A stretch of 64,000 bases of DNA. Source: Opitutaceae bacterium. Its GTDB lineage: Bacteria > Verrucomicrobiota > Verrucomicrobiia > Opitutales > Opitutaceae. Position numbers and translations under genes: made by a program. The stretch covers positions 739 through 64,738 of the forward strand of contig DASXEV010000042.1 of NCBI GenBank assembly GCA_036489955.1, written 5' to 3'. Shown here piece by piece: positions 17,629 through 26,197 of this stretch (position 1 is the stretch's first letter; every line of letters starts with the position of its first letter). Under the pieces are notes generated by a model. That model saw only the letters and a program-made list of their open reading frames with translations, was not told where the DNA came from and searched no databases.

Positions 17629-18766
17629 CAAGCTCGGCGCCGTCGTCGGCGCGGGCATGGAGGACCTCCGGCCTCGACCCGAACCTCGCAACGTAGGCGT
17701 CGCCCACGAGGGCCGCCTCCTCCGCGCCGAAGTCGCCGGTCGTGAGCGCCATGACGGCGCCCCCGAAGCCCCCGCCCGAGAGGCGGGCACCGAGGACGCC
17801 CCTGCGCCCCTCCAGCGTGTCAACGAGGAAGTCGAGCTCGGCCGTGCTGTTCTCGAACCAAGTCCGCGAGCTGCGGTGCGACTCGAAGAGGAGCCGCCCC
17901 AGCGCCTGGAGGTCCCCGCCGCGCAGCGCCTCGACGGCCCTGCCGACCCGCCCGATCTCGTCGACCACGTGCCTGGCCCTCTTGTACGAGGCGCGCGACA
18001 GCCGGGTCTCGGCCGCGGCCAGCGACTGCGGCGTCGCGTCCGCGAGGAGCGCGACCCCGATGCCGCGCGCCGCCTCCATGCACTCCTCGTGCCTCGCGGC
18101 GTAGAGTCCGTCGACGAGCGCGTGCCTGGTGTGCGTGTTGAAGACCCAGAAGTTGGCCTGCGGCGCCAGCGGCACGGTCTCGAACCTGGGCCCGCGGCAG
18201 TCGATGTAGACCAGGTGGTCCCTCTTGCCGAAGGCGGAGACGCCCTGGTCGAGGATCCCGCAGGGGACGCCCACGAACTCGTTCTCGGCCCGGCGCCCAA
18301 GGGCCGCAAGCTGCTCGCGGCCGACGCTGGAGCCGGCGGAGGCCAGGAATGCGAGGGCGGAGGCCAGCTCGATCGCCGCGCTGCTGCTCAGGCCCGCGCC
18401 GAGCGGCACGGTGGACGACGTCTCGAAGTCGAAACCCGCGGGCGCGGGGAGGCCGGCTGCGCCCATGGCCGAGAGGACCCCGAGGGGATAGTTGACCCAC
18501 CCGTCGGCCCCCGTCCTGCGGCTCATGTCGCCCGCGGGGACCTCCACGGCGCCGGGGCGCTGGCTGCTCCCGAAGCGCCTCACGGCGTCCCCGCGGCGGG
18601 CGACGCCGACCCAGACAGACCGGTCGATCGCGGCGCCAAGGACCGGGCCGCCGTTGTAGTCGGTGTGGTTGCCGATGACCTCGATCCGCCCGGGGGCCCG
18701 GGCGATGAATTCCGGCAGGCGCGAATGCGCGGCCTTGAATGCCGCGGCCAGGTCTTCCGCCGTCAC
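17612..18766 (-). CDS. galK: Galactokinase-like GHMP kinase
   Basis: It has the GalK signature GRIEVIGNHTDYNGG and the GHMP ATP motif PLGAGLSSSAA. The GTG start abuts the HU stop. Confidence 0.8.
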   Translation of the reverse strand: MTAEDLAAAFKAAHSRLPEFIARAPGRIEVIGNHTDYNGGPVLGAAIDRSVWVGVARRGDAVRRFGSSQRPGAVEVPAGDMSRRTGADGWVNYPLGVLSAMGAAGLPAPAGFDFETSSTVPLGAGLSSSAAIELASALAFLASAGSSVGREQLAALGRRAENEFVGVPCGILDQGVSAFGKRDHLVYIDCRGPRFETVPLAPQANFWVFNTHTRHALVDGLYAARHEECMEAARGIGVALLADATPQSLAAAETRLSRASYKRARHVVDEIGRVGRAVEALRGGDLQALGRLLFESHRSSRTWFENSTAELDFLVDTLEGRRGVLGARLSGGGFGGAVMALTTGDFGAEEAALVGDAYVARFGSRPEVLHARADDGAELVRGAR

Positions 18767-19042
18767 CTAGCGCAGTCCCCTGAGGTCCGCCCCGGCCTTG
18801 AAGCGGACGAGCTTCATGGCAGGGATCTTCATGGGCCGCCGGGTGTGCGGGTTGAACCCCATCCGCGCCGAGCGGCGCGCCACGGTGAAGGTCCCGAACC
18901 CGACGAGGTGGACCTCGGCGTCCCGCCTCAGGCCCTTCTTGATTGACTGGAGGACGCTGTCCGCGGCGCGCTCGGCCGCGGCGCGCGAGGTGCCGTCACC
19001 CAGGAGCCTGTGGACCTCGCTGACCAGTTCGGCCTTGTTCAT
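18767..19042 (-). CDS. HU-family DNA-binding protein
   Basis: ATG 19042 lies inside track ORF 18767..19075. The sequence reads MNKAELV...GFGTF...R.ARMGFNPHTRRPMKIPA, the HU arm. Confidence 0.9.
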   Translation of the reverse strand: MNKAELVSEVHRLLGDGTSRAAAERAADSVLQSIKKGLRRDAEVHLVGFGTFTVARRSARMGFNPHTRRPMKIPAMKLVRFKAGADLRGLR

Positions 19043-19111
19043 CGGTTGCTTTTCCTCGCGAGGAACGTGAGGCAATGGGCTGGGCCCAGCCCGGTCAACC
19101 CTTTCCGGCGG

Positions 19112-19981
19112 TCACGCGGCGCGGACCGTCTCCGGGCCAGCTTCCGACAGGGAAAAGAGGCTCCCGGGCGCCGCGGCGCTTACGGGAACTAGGGCCAGGC
19201 CCTCGAATCCCCCGCCGGCGGAAACGGCCGACCTGACCTCGCCCAGCCGCTTTCCGCCGCCCCAGAGGGGGGCGGGAAGCCGGGGCGCGGGCGAGCCGGA
19301 GGCGACCCTGATGAGGCGGCGCCTCACGCGGCCAAGCGCCCTGATCCGCGCCATCACCTCCTGGCCTGTGTAACACCCCTTCGAATACGAAACGGCGTCA
19401 ACGTCGAGCCCGCCCTCGGCCGGGAGGTCCGAGGGACCGATGTCCGCGGGCACGGCCGGCACGGCTGCGGCGATCCTCGCCCGCTCGGCCTCTGCGGCCG
19501 TCAGTAGGGCCGCCCCGGATACGGCGGACGACGCCTCGGCGAGGCGGTCGGCGCGGACGAGCCATTCCCAGCTCTCGGCGCCCCTGCGGCCCGCAAAGCC
19601 GAGGCCGGGCGGGAGCTGGGGCCCGGCGGCGGCGGCCCCGCTCCCCATGAGGCAGATGCCCGCCCATCCGGCGGTCTCGTCGGAAAGGGCGACGTCGTCG
19701 GCCACGATGTGGGCGTTCAGGTGCCCGAGGATGACGGCGGCCGGGCAGGCCACGCTCGCCAGCCAGTAGGAGACGCCGTCCGGGTCCGGCAGGACCGTGC
19801 TGTCAGCCAGGACCCGTCCCTTGCGGTCGAGCCAGAGGCCGTACACCGGCTTTTCGAGCCGGCTCCGTCCTAAGTCGTTGCTGAACTGGCTCTGTAGGAA
19901 AGCATGTGCGTCCTCACCCCCCACGTGGACGACCGCGGCCGGGCGGTAGTCCAGCCGGCGGATTTCCTGTGCCAATTTCAT
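19112..19981 (-). CDS. YgfZ/GcvT-like folate-binding protein
   Basis: ATG 19981 lies inside track ORF 19112..20194. It has the C-terminal signature SYSKGCYTGQEVMARI. Confidence 0.75.
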   Translation of the reverse strand: MKLAQEIRRLDYRPAAVVHVGGEDAHAFLQSQFSNDLGRSRLEKPVYGLWLDRKGRVLADSTVLPDPDGVSYWLASVACPAAVILGHLNAHIVADDVALSDETAGWAGICLMGSGAAAAGPQLPPGLGFAGRRGAESWEWLVRADRLAEASSAVSGAALLTAAEAERARIAAAVPAVPADIGPSDLPAEGGLDVDAVSYSKGCYTGQEVMARIRALGRVRRRLIRVASGSPAPRLPAPLWGGGKRLGEVRSAVSAGGGFEGLALVPVSAAAPGSLFSLSEAGPETVRAA

Positions 19982-20137
19982 TGGATATAAGACATTAACT
20001 GTAAATCGCTTATAGCGCAACAGGACATATTTATTCGGGTGATCCTTGACGGAAAACGCAAAGGGGTTACTCCTATCTAAGGTAACTTTTCCACTTCTCC
20101 CGCCTAGCGGGAGTTTTGGGGTAAATAAGAAAGCAAA

Positions 20138-20176
20138 GGCGGGCCGTCTAGGGGTAGGCGGCCCGCCACTTTTTTG
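20138..20176 (+). terminator. Orphan terminator-like hairpin upstream of the DAHP synthase gene
   Basis: GGCGGGCCG (20138-20146) pairs with CGGCCCGCC (20159-20167) and is followed by ACTTTTTTG. No plus-strand CDS lies upstream. A second hairpin with T-run sits at 20097-20117. Confidence 0.4.
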
Positions 20177-20242
20177 CCCGGACGCGGCCGCCACCCAAAA
20201 GCCTTGCGGCGCAGTCCCCGAGAGGCTTTTTCACGGGACTCC

Positions 20243-21298
20243 ATGCAAAGAACCTCGGACATCAATGTCGTCGAGACGCGCCCCCTGCCCTCGCCGGCGG
20301 AACTCATGGCCGAGGCCCCAAAGAGCGACACGCAGGCCGAGTTCGTCGCGCGCTCGCGCCAGCAGATCCACAACCTGATCTTCACCGACGAGCGCCGGTT
20401 CCTCCTCATCGTTGGCCCGTGCTCGATCCACGACGTCGATGCCGGCCGCGAGTACGCCCGGCGGCTCTCGGCGCTCGCCCGCGAGGTGGCCGACCGGGTG
20501 ATGATCGTGATGAGGGTCTACTTCGAGAAGCCGCGGACGACCGTCGGCTGGAAGGGGCTCATCATGGACCCGCGGCTGGACGGATCGCACGACATCGCGG
20601 CCGGGCTGCGGATCGCACGGGGCTTCCTCAGGGACATCCTCGACCTCGGGCTGCCGACCGCCACCGAGCTCCTGGACCCGATCACCCCGCAGTACATCGC
20701 CGACCTCGTGTGCTGGAGCGCGATCGGCGCGCGCACCGCCGAGTCCCAGACCCACAGGCAGATGGCCTCCGGACTTTCCATGCCCATCGGGTTCAAGAAC
20801 GGGACCGACGGCTCCAGCCAGACCGCGATCAATGGGATACGAGCGGCCGCGCAGCCGCACACCTTCCTGGGGATCAACCTCGACGGGGCCGCCTCGGCGG
20901 TCGTCACGTCGGGGAACCCCAACTGCCACATCGTCCTCCGCGGGGGCTCGGCCGGCCCCAACTTCTCCGCCGAGCACGTCGCGCGGACGGAGGCCCTCCT
21001 GGAAAAGGCCGGGCTCACCCGGTCGATCCTCGTCGACTGCTCCCATGACAACTCGGACAAGAAGCCCGAACGCCAGCCCGAGGTGATGCGGGACCTCCTG
21101 CGGCAGGTCGCCGACGGGAACTCCTCCATCATGGGCGCCATGGTCGAGAGCAACCTGGAGGCCGGGAACCAGCCCTTCCCGCAGCCGAGGAAGGACCTCA
21201 GGCGGGGGGTGTCGATCACCGACGCCTGCATCGGCTGGGAGACGACCGAGTCCCTGGTCCGCGAGGTGCATGCGGGACTGGCCGCCCGTTTCCGGTAG
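20243..21298 (+). CDS. 3-deoxy-7-phosphoheptulonate (DAHP) synthase, class I
   Basis: ATG 20243 lies inside track ORF 20174..21298. Motifs are LLIVGPCSIHD, RVYFEKPRTTVGWKG, AIGARTAESQ.HR, GFKNGTDG and DCSHDNS. Confidence 0.9.
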   Translation: MQRTSDINVVETRPLPSPAELMAEAPKSDTQAEFVARSRQQIHNLIFTDERRFLLIVGPCSIHDVDAGREYARRLSALAREVADRVMIVMRVYFEKPRTTVGWKGLIMDPRLDGSHDIAAGLRIARGFLRDILDLGLPTATELLDPITPQYIADLVCWSAIGARTAESQTHRQMASGLSMPIGFKNGTDGSSQTAINGIRAAAQPHTFLGINLDGAASAVVTSGNPNCHIVLRGGSAGPNFSAEHVARTEALLEKAGLTRSILVDCSHDNSDKKPERQPEVMRDLLRQVADGNSSIMGAMVESNLEAGNQPFPQPRKDLRRGVSITDACIGWETTESLVREVHAGLAARFR

Positions 21299-21352
21299 CC
21301 CGGGCCGCATTGTTCTTCCCAATCCCGCCCGGTTTGCCGAACATCGCGCGCC

Positions 21353-22480
21353 ATGAAAAGACCCCGCAGCGAAGTGTCCCGCCGCAAGTTCATCGGCCAG
21401 CTTTCGGCCGCAGCCGTCGCCCTGACCGCCCACAGGGCGTTCTCCGCGGACGCCCCCGCCCCGTCGAAGAGGCTCGGCATCGCCCTGTGCGGCCTCGGCA
21501 GCTACGCGACCGACCGCCTCCTGCCCGCCATCAGGCAGTCGAGATACTGGAAGCTGACCGGCGTCGTCACGGGCAGCCCCGAAAAGGGCCGGCAGTGGGC
21601 GCGGGACAACGGCTTCCCGGAGAAGAACATCTACGGCTACGACACCATGGACCGGATGGCCGGCAATCCCGACATCGACGTCGTCTATGTCGTCACGCCG
21701 AACGGCCTGCATGCGCGGGACGCCATAGCCGCGGCGCGGGCGGGCAAGCACGTCATTTCCGAGAAGCCGATGGCCAACACCGTCGCCGATTGCGACGCGA
21801 TGATAGCCGCCTGCCGGAAGGCGGGGGTGCGCCTCATGGTCGGCTACCGGCTCCACTACGAGCCCCACACGGCGGAATTCTGCCGGCTTGCGCGCGAGCA
21901 GACCTTCGGGCCGTTCATGAAGATCGCCGCGGAGAACGGCTTCGACATGGGCCCCGACGCGAACGCGCAGAATACCTGGCGCCTCAACAAGAAGCTGGCC
22001 GGCGGCGGACCCCTGATGGACATGGGGGTCTACGTCATCCAGGCGGTCAGCATGGCGAAGGCCGAGGCTGCGCCGGTCACCGTCACCGCGAAGTTCGGGC
22101 CCGTGACGAGGCCGCGCATGTTCTCCGAGGTCGAGCAGTCGATCGAGTGGACGGCGGACTTTGCCGACGGCGCCGAGGGAAAATGCCTGGCCACGTATGC
22201 GGAGCAGCTGAGCAAGATCCGGGCGGAAGCCGCCAGGGGCTGGGCCGAGATCAAGTACCCCGCCTTCTACTACGACACGCCGATCCTCGTCACCTCCCGC
22301 GGCACGCCGGATTTCCCGGTCGTGAACCACCAGCTTGCGCAGATGGACGGCATGGCCCTGGAGCTGCTCGAGAACCGGCCCTCCCTCGCCCCGGGCGAGA
22401 TGGGCCGCCGCGACGTGGCGGTCATCGAGGCCATCTACGCCTCCGCGAACAGCGGGAAGCGGACGGAAGTCAGGGCCTAA
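21353..22480 (+). CDS. Tat-exported Gfo/Idh/MocA-family oxidoreductase (glucose-fructose oxidoreductase-like)
   Basis: It has a twin-arginine signal (SRRKFIGQLSAAAVAL), a Rossmann start (LGIALCGLGSYA) and the EKPMA motif. Confidence 0.85.
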   Translation: MKRPRSEVSRRKFIGQLSAAAVALTAHRAFSADAPAPSKRLGIALCGLGSYATDRLLPAIRQSRYWKLTGVVTGSPEKGRQWARDNGFPEKNIYGYDTMDRMAGNPDIDVVYVVTPNGLHARDAIAAARAGKHVISEKPMANTVADCDAMIAACRKAGVRLMVGYRLHYEPHTAEFCRLAREQTFGPFMKIAAENGFDMGPDANAQNTWRLNKKLAGGGPLMDMGVYVIQAVSMAKAEAAPVTVTAKFGPVTRPRMFSEVEQSIEWTADFADGAEGKCLATYAEQLSKIRAEAARGWAEIKYPAFYYDTPILVTSRGTPDFPVVNHQLAQMDGMALELLENRPSLAPGEMGRRDVAVIEAIYASANSGKRTEVRA

Positions 22481-22519
22481 GGGGACGAAGGGCGCCGGCA
22501 TACGGGCCCGCGCATCCCG

Positions 22520-23167
22520 ATGGACGCCGACCTGGTCGGGTATTACGGGCGCCGGGCCGCCGAATATGAGCGGATTTACGCAAGGCCCGAGCGCCAGGCC
22601 GACCTTGGCCGGCTGCAGGCGGCCGTTGCCGACGGATTCCGGGGCCGCGATGTCCTGGAGATATCGTGCGGCACCGGCTTCTGGACGCAGTCCATCGCGC
22701 CCGTGGCCCGGTCGGTCGTGGGCCTCGACCTCAGCCCGGAGGTCCTGGAGATCGCGCGGGCCAAGGCCTGGGATGCCGGCCGTGTGGAATTCATGGAGGC
22801 GGACTCGTACGCGCTTCCGGACCTTGGGCGGAAGTTCACGGCGGCCTTCGCGGGGTTCTGGTGGTCGCACGTGCCGCGGCGAAGGCTCGGGGCATTCCTC
22901 ACGGGCCTTCATTCGCGACTCCAGCACGGCGCGACCGTAATGTTCATCGACAACCGCCATGTGGCGGGAAGCAGCACGCCGGTCTCACGGGTGGACGACC
23001 ACGGGGACTCCTTCCAGAACCGGCGACTGGACGACGGCAGCATCCACGAGGTCCTGAAGAATTTCCCGTCAGAGGCCGAGCTGCTGGGCGCCGTCGCGGG
23101 GAAGGCGTCGAAGCCCAAGGTCATCCTCACCGATTATTTCTGGGTGCTGAGCTACCAGGCGCCCTGA
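22520..23167 (+). CDS. Class I SAM-dependent methyltransferase
   Basis: It has motif I (VLEISCGTGFWT) and downstream acidic motif II context. Confidence 0.8.
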   Translation: MDADLVGYYGRRAAEYERIYARPERQADLGRLQAAVADGFRGRDVLEISCGTGFWTQSIAPVARSVVGLDLSPEVLEIARAKAWDAGRVEFMEADSYALPDLGRKFTAAFAGFWWSHVPRRRLGAFLTGLHSRLQHGATVMFIDNRHVAGSSTPVSRVDDHGDSFQNRRLDDGSIHEVLKNFPSEAELLGAVAGKASKPKVILTDYFWVLSYQAP

Positions 23168-23290
23168 CTGCGGCGGGGAAGGCCGTCCGGCCTGCACCCG
23201 AATTCACTGGCGCGCGGATTTGACTCCGCCGCGCCGACGCGGAAAATCAACAACCCCGGCGCGCGTGCCGCGCGCCGCCATCCCGACGCC

Positions 23291-25099
23291 ATGCAAAAAT
23301 TATTCCGCAACGCGGCCCCGGTCCTCCTCCTCGCCCTGGCCCAGTTTCTTGGCACGGCCCTGGCCCAAGGCGCCGCCCAGCCCGCCCACTGGGACCACAT
23401 CAAGACGTCGATCTTCTTCACGAGCGACGACGTGAAGAACCTCCTGTGGACCCCAAAGGAGCGGCAGGCGACGCTCGCCTACTTCGCCCCCCTGCGGTTC
23501 ACGAAGGTCTACCTTGAGAACAGGAACGCCGACCCCTCCGTCGTCCCCAAGCTCAAGGAGATCGCCGCGGACCTGCGGTCGCACGGGATAGAGGTGTCCG
23601 GCGCCGTCGTGCCGGCCGACCACGGGCCCCTGAGCTACAATGAGCCCGGGGACATGGCCCTCCTAGAGGGCCGGATCCGGGTGCTCGCCCAGGCCTTTGA
23701 CGAGATCATCGTAGACGACTGGCTCTTCACCATCTCGACCAGCGAGAAGAGCGTCGCCGACCGGGGGAACCAGTCCTGGGCCGACTACCGGAGCCGCCTC
23801 GTCGCCGAGCAGGCGAAGAAGCACATGATCGACTTCGCGCGCCAGGTGAACCCGAAGTGCGATATCATCATCAAGTACCCCAACTGGTACGAGGGGCACC
23901 GGCAGAACGGCTACGACGTGGCCCTGCAGACCCCGCAGTTCGCCAGCGTGAGCGTGGGCATCGAGAGCCGCCAGCTCGAGACCCAGGACCAGCACATCCC
24001 CGCCTATTCCGCTTACGTGTACCAGAAATGGATCGGGGGGAACGCCGGCGCGAAGTGGAGGAGCTCCTGGCTCGACAACTTCCAGATGGAGGGCGACTAC
24101 GACGAATTCGCGGCCGAGGTCTGGCAGGCCGTCCTCGCCCGCTCCCCGGAGATCCTCTTCTGGTGCGCCGGCCAGCTCCACCCCCCGACGCCCGCCGCCA
24201 ACGACTATCCGCCGCTGTGCGAGATGATGCCCGAGTTCGACAGGCTGGCGGGGATGCTGGAGGGCCCGTCGCGCGGCATACCCTTCCACCTGCCCCTCGG
24301 AGCCGTCGGCGAGTACAACATCTTCGGCTACCTCGGGATGATGGGCCTGCCGATCGAGCCGGTGACCGCCTTCCCCGCGGATGCGAAGGACGCGATCTTC
24401 ACCAAGCACTCCCTGCGGGACCCGAAGGTCGCCGATGAGCTCCTCGCCAGCGTGAAGGCGGGCCACGAGGTCTTCCTGTCCTGGCCGCTCCTGCGGGACC
24501 TCCGCGGCTCCGAGCTCCAGAACGCCTTCAACGTCATCGATGACAGCGGGACCGTGACCTCCTCGGAATTCCGCGTCAGGGGAATCGGCTGGAGGCCAAC
24601 GATCGCCCATGCGGGCCGGCAGATGTCATTCCCGCTCATACGCACGTCGACCTGGCCCTACGTCCGCGATATCGCCCTCGTCCGCGAGGATGGCGACTTC
24701 GGCGTCCTCCTCTCGACACCCTACATGGAGGGCAAGGTGGACGTCCTCAACCTGCCCGACAACTACTACGACCTCCTGCGCCTGCCCGACGCGGCGCTCA
24801 ACGAGATAAGGAACGTCTTCTATTCCGACCTTGGGGTCCGCCTTGTCGGGCCCGGCCGCGTGGCCCTCTACCCCTTCGGCGACCGGCAGTACGTCGTCTA
24901 CAACATGAACGAGTCCGTGGAAAAGGTGGGGCTCCGGTTCCCGGCGGGCACGCCCGTCGACGGCTGGACGGAGCGGATGCACGGCGAGCGCCTCGTCGTC
25001 ACCCAGCCCGAGGAGGGTTTCGGGGCGACCCGCCAGAAGGAGACCCAGGTGGAGCTGACGCTCAGGCCCTACGAGCTCGCCCTCGTCGAGAAGCCCTGA
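23291..25099 (+). CDS. Secreted hypothetical protein (602 aa), possibly glycoside-hydrolase-like barrel
   Basis: It has a clean signal peptide (APVLLLALAQFLGTALAQG) and coding-type G+C3. I can name no family motif, so the fold suggestion is only an impression. Confidence 0.6.
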   Translation: MQKLFRNAAPVLLLALAQFLGTALAQGAAQPAHWDHIKTSIFFTSDDVKNLLWTPKERQATLAYFAPLRFTKVYLENRNADPSVVPKLKEIAADLRSHGIEVSGAVVPADHGPLSYNEPGDMALLEGRIRVLAQAFDEIIVDDWLFTISTSEKSVADRGNQSWADYRSRLVAEQAKKHMIDFARQVNPKCDIIIKYPNWYEGHRQNGYDVALQTPQFASVSVGIESRQLETQDQHIPAYSAYVYQKWIGGNAGAKWRSSWLDNFQMEGDYDEFAAEVWQAVLARSPEILFWCAGQLHPPTPAANDYPPLCEMMPEFDRLAGMLEGPSRGIPFHLPLGAVGEYNIFGYLGMMGLPIEPVTAFPADAKDAIFTKHSLRDPKVADELLASVKAGHEVFLSWPLLRDLRGSELQNAFNVIDDSGTVTSSEFRVRGIGWRPTIAHAGRQMSFPLIRTSTWPYVRDIALVREDGDFGVLLSTPYMEGKVDVLNLPDNYYDLLRLPDAALNEIRNVFYSDLGVRLVGPGRVALYPFGDRQYVVYNMNESVEKVGLRFPAGTPVDGWTERMHGERLVVTQPEEGFGATRQKETQVELTLRPYELALVEKP

Positions 25100-25168
25100 C
25101 GCCCCCGTCCGCGGGCGGGCCCATTTTTCCGTGCGCTCCGCCGCGGACTCGTTAAATTCCGCCCTTCC

Positions 25169-26155
25169 ATGAAATCCCCCATCCGCGTGGCCGTCACCGG
25201 CGCAGCCGGCCAGATCGGCTATTCCCTGCTCTTCCGCATCGCCTCCGGCTCGATGTTCGGCGCCGACCAGCCCGTCATCCTGCACCTCATCGAGATCGAG
25301 GGAGCCCTGCCACAGCTGGGGGGCGTCGTGATGGAGCTCCAGGACTGCGCGTTCCCGCTCCTGGCGGGCGTCGTGCCGACGGCCTCCCTCGACGAGGGCT
25401 TTAGGGACGTGAACTGGGCCCTCCTCGTTGGATCAGTCCCGCGCAAGGCCGGGATGGAGCGCAAGGACCTCCTTGGCATCAACGGCAAGATCTTCACCGG
25501 CCAGGGGCAGGCCATCGCCCGCAACGCGGCCAAGGACGTGCACATCCTCGTTGTCGGCAACCCCTGCAACACCAACTGCCTCATCGCCATGGAGAATGCG
25601 TCCTCCGTCCCGGTAGAGCGCTGGTTCGCGATGACGATGCTCGACCAGAACAGGGCCGTGACGCAGCTGGCCATCAAGTCCGGCCGGCCGACGACCGAGG
25701 TCTCGAACCTCGCCATCTGGGGCAACCACAGCTCGACGATGTACCCGGACTTCTACAACTCCCGGATCGGCGGAAAGCCCACGATCGACCTCATCCGCGA
25801 GGATCCCTGGTTCAAGGAGGCTTTCCTCCCCAAGGTCCAGCAGCGGGGCTCCGAGATCATCAAGGCGCGGGGCTTCAGCTCGGCGGCCTCGGCCGCCAAC
25901 GCGGTGGTGGACACGGTCCGCAGCCTCACCAACCCGACCCGCGAGGGCGACTGGTTCAGCGTGGCCGTCTGCTCGGACGGCTCCTACGGCATCGAGAAGG
26001 GCCTCATCTTCTCGTTCCCGATCCGCAGCGACGGCTCAAAATGGAGCATCGTGCAGGGACTCAAGCTGGCGGACTACTCCCGCGAGAAGATCACGGCGAC
26101 CGAGAATGAGCTCAAGGAGGAGCGCGCCCTCGTTTCCGACCTGCTGCCCAAGTAG
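25169..26155 (+). CDS. mdh: Malate dehydrogenase
   Basis: Motifs are [32 protein letters not shown] and IWGNHS. Confidence 0.95.
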   Translation: MKSPIRVAVTGAAGQIGYSLLFRIASGSMFGADQPVILHLIEIEGALPQLGGVVMELQDCAFPLLAGVVPTASLDEGFRDVNWALLVGSVPRKAGMERKDLLGINGKIFTGQGQAIARNAAKDVHILVVGNPCNTNCLIAMENASSVPVERWFAMTMLDQNRAVTQLAIKSGRPTTEVSNLAIWGNHSSTMYPDFYNSRIGGKPTIDLIREDPWFKEAFLPKVQQRGSEIIKARGFSSAASAANAVVDTVRSLTNPTREGDWFSVAVCSDGSYGIEKGLIFSFPIRSDGSKWSIVQGLKLADYSREKITATENELKEERALVSDLLPK

Positions 26156-26197
26156 TCAGCGTTCATCGCCTCGGATGGTCGTCTGAAAAAAGCCCAT

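Noticed and set aside
20040-20083. Possible leader peptide ORFs in the aroG upstream region, for example GTG 20039 encoding MILDGKRKGVTPI.
   Set aside because: They contain no Phe, Tyr or Trp codon run and no recognisable ribosome-binding context. They are indistinguishable from chance.
25101-25128. A possible terminator after the 602-aa gene: CCCG-TCCG-CGGG ... ATTTTT.
   Set aside because: The stem is only 4 bp and the T-run is 9 nt away, so the call is not supportable.
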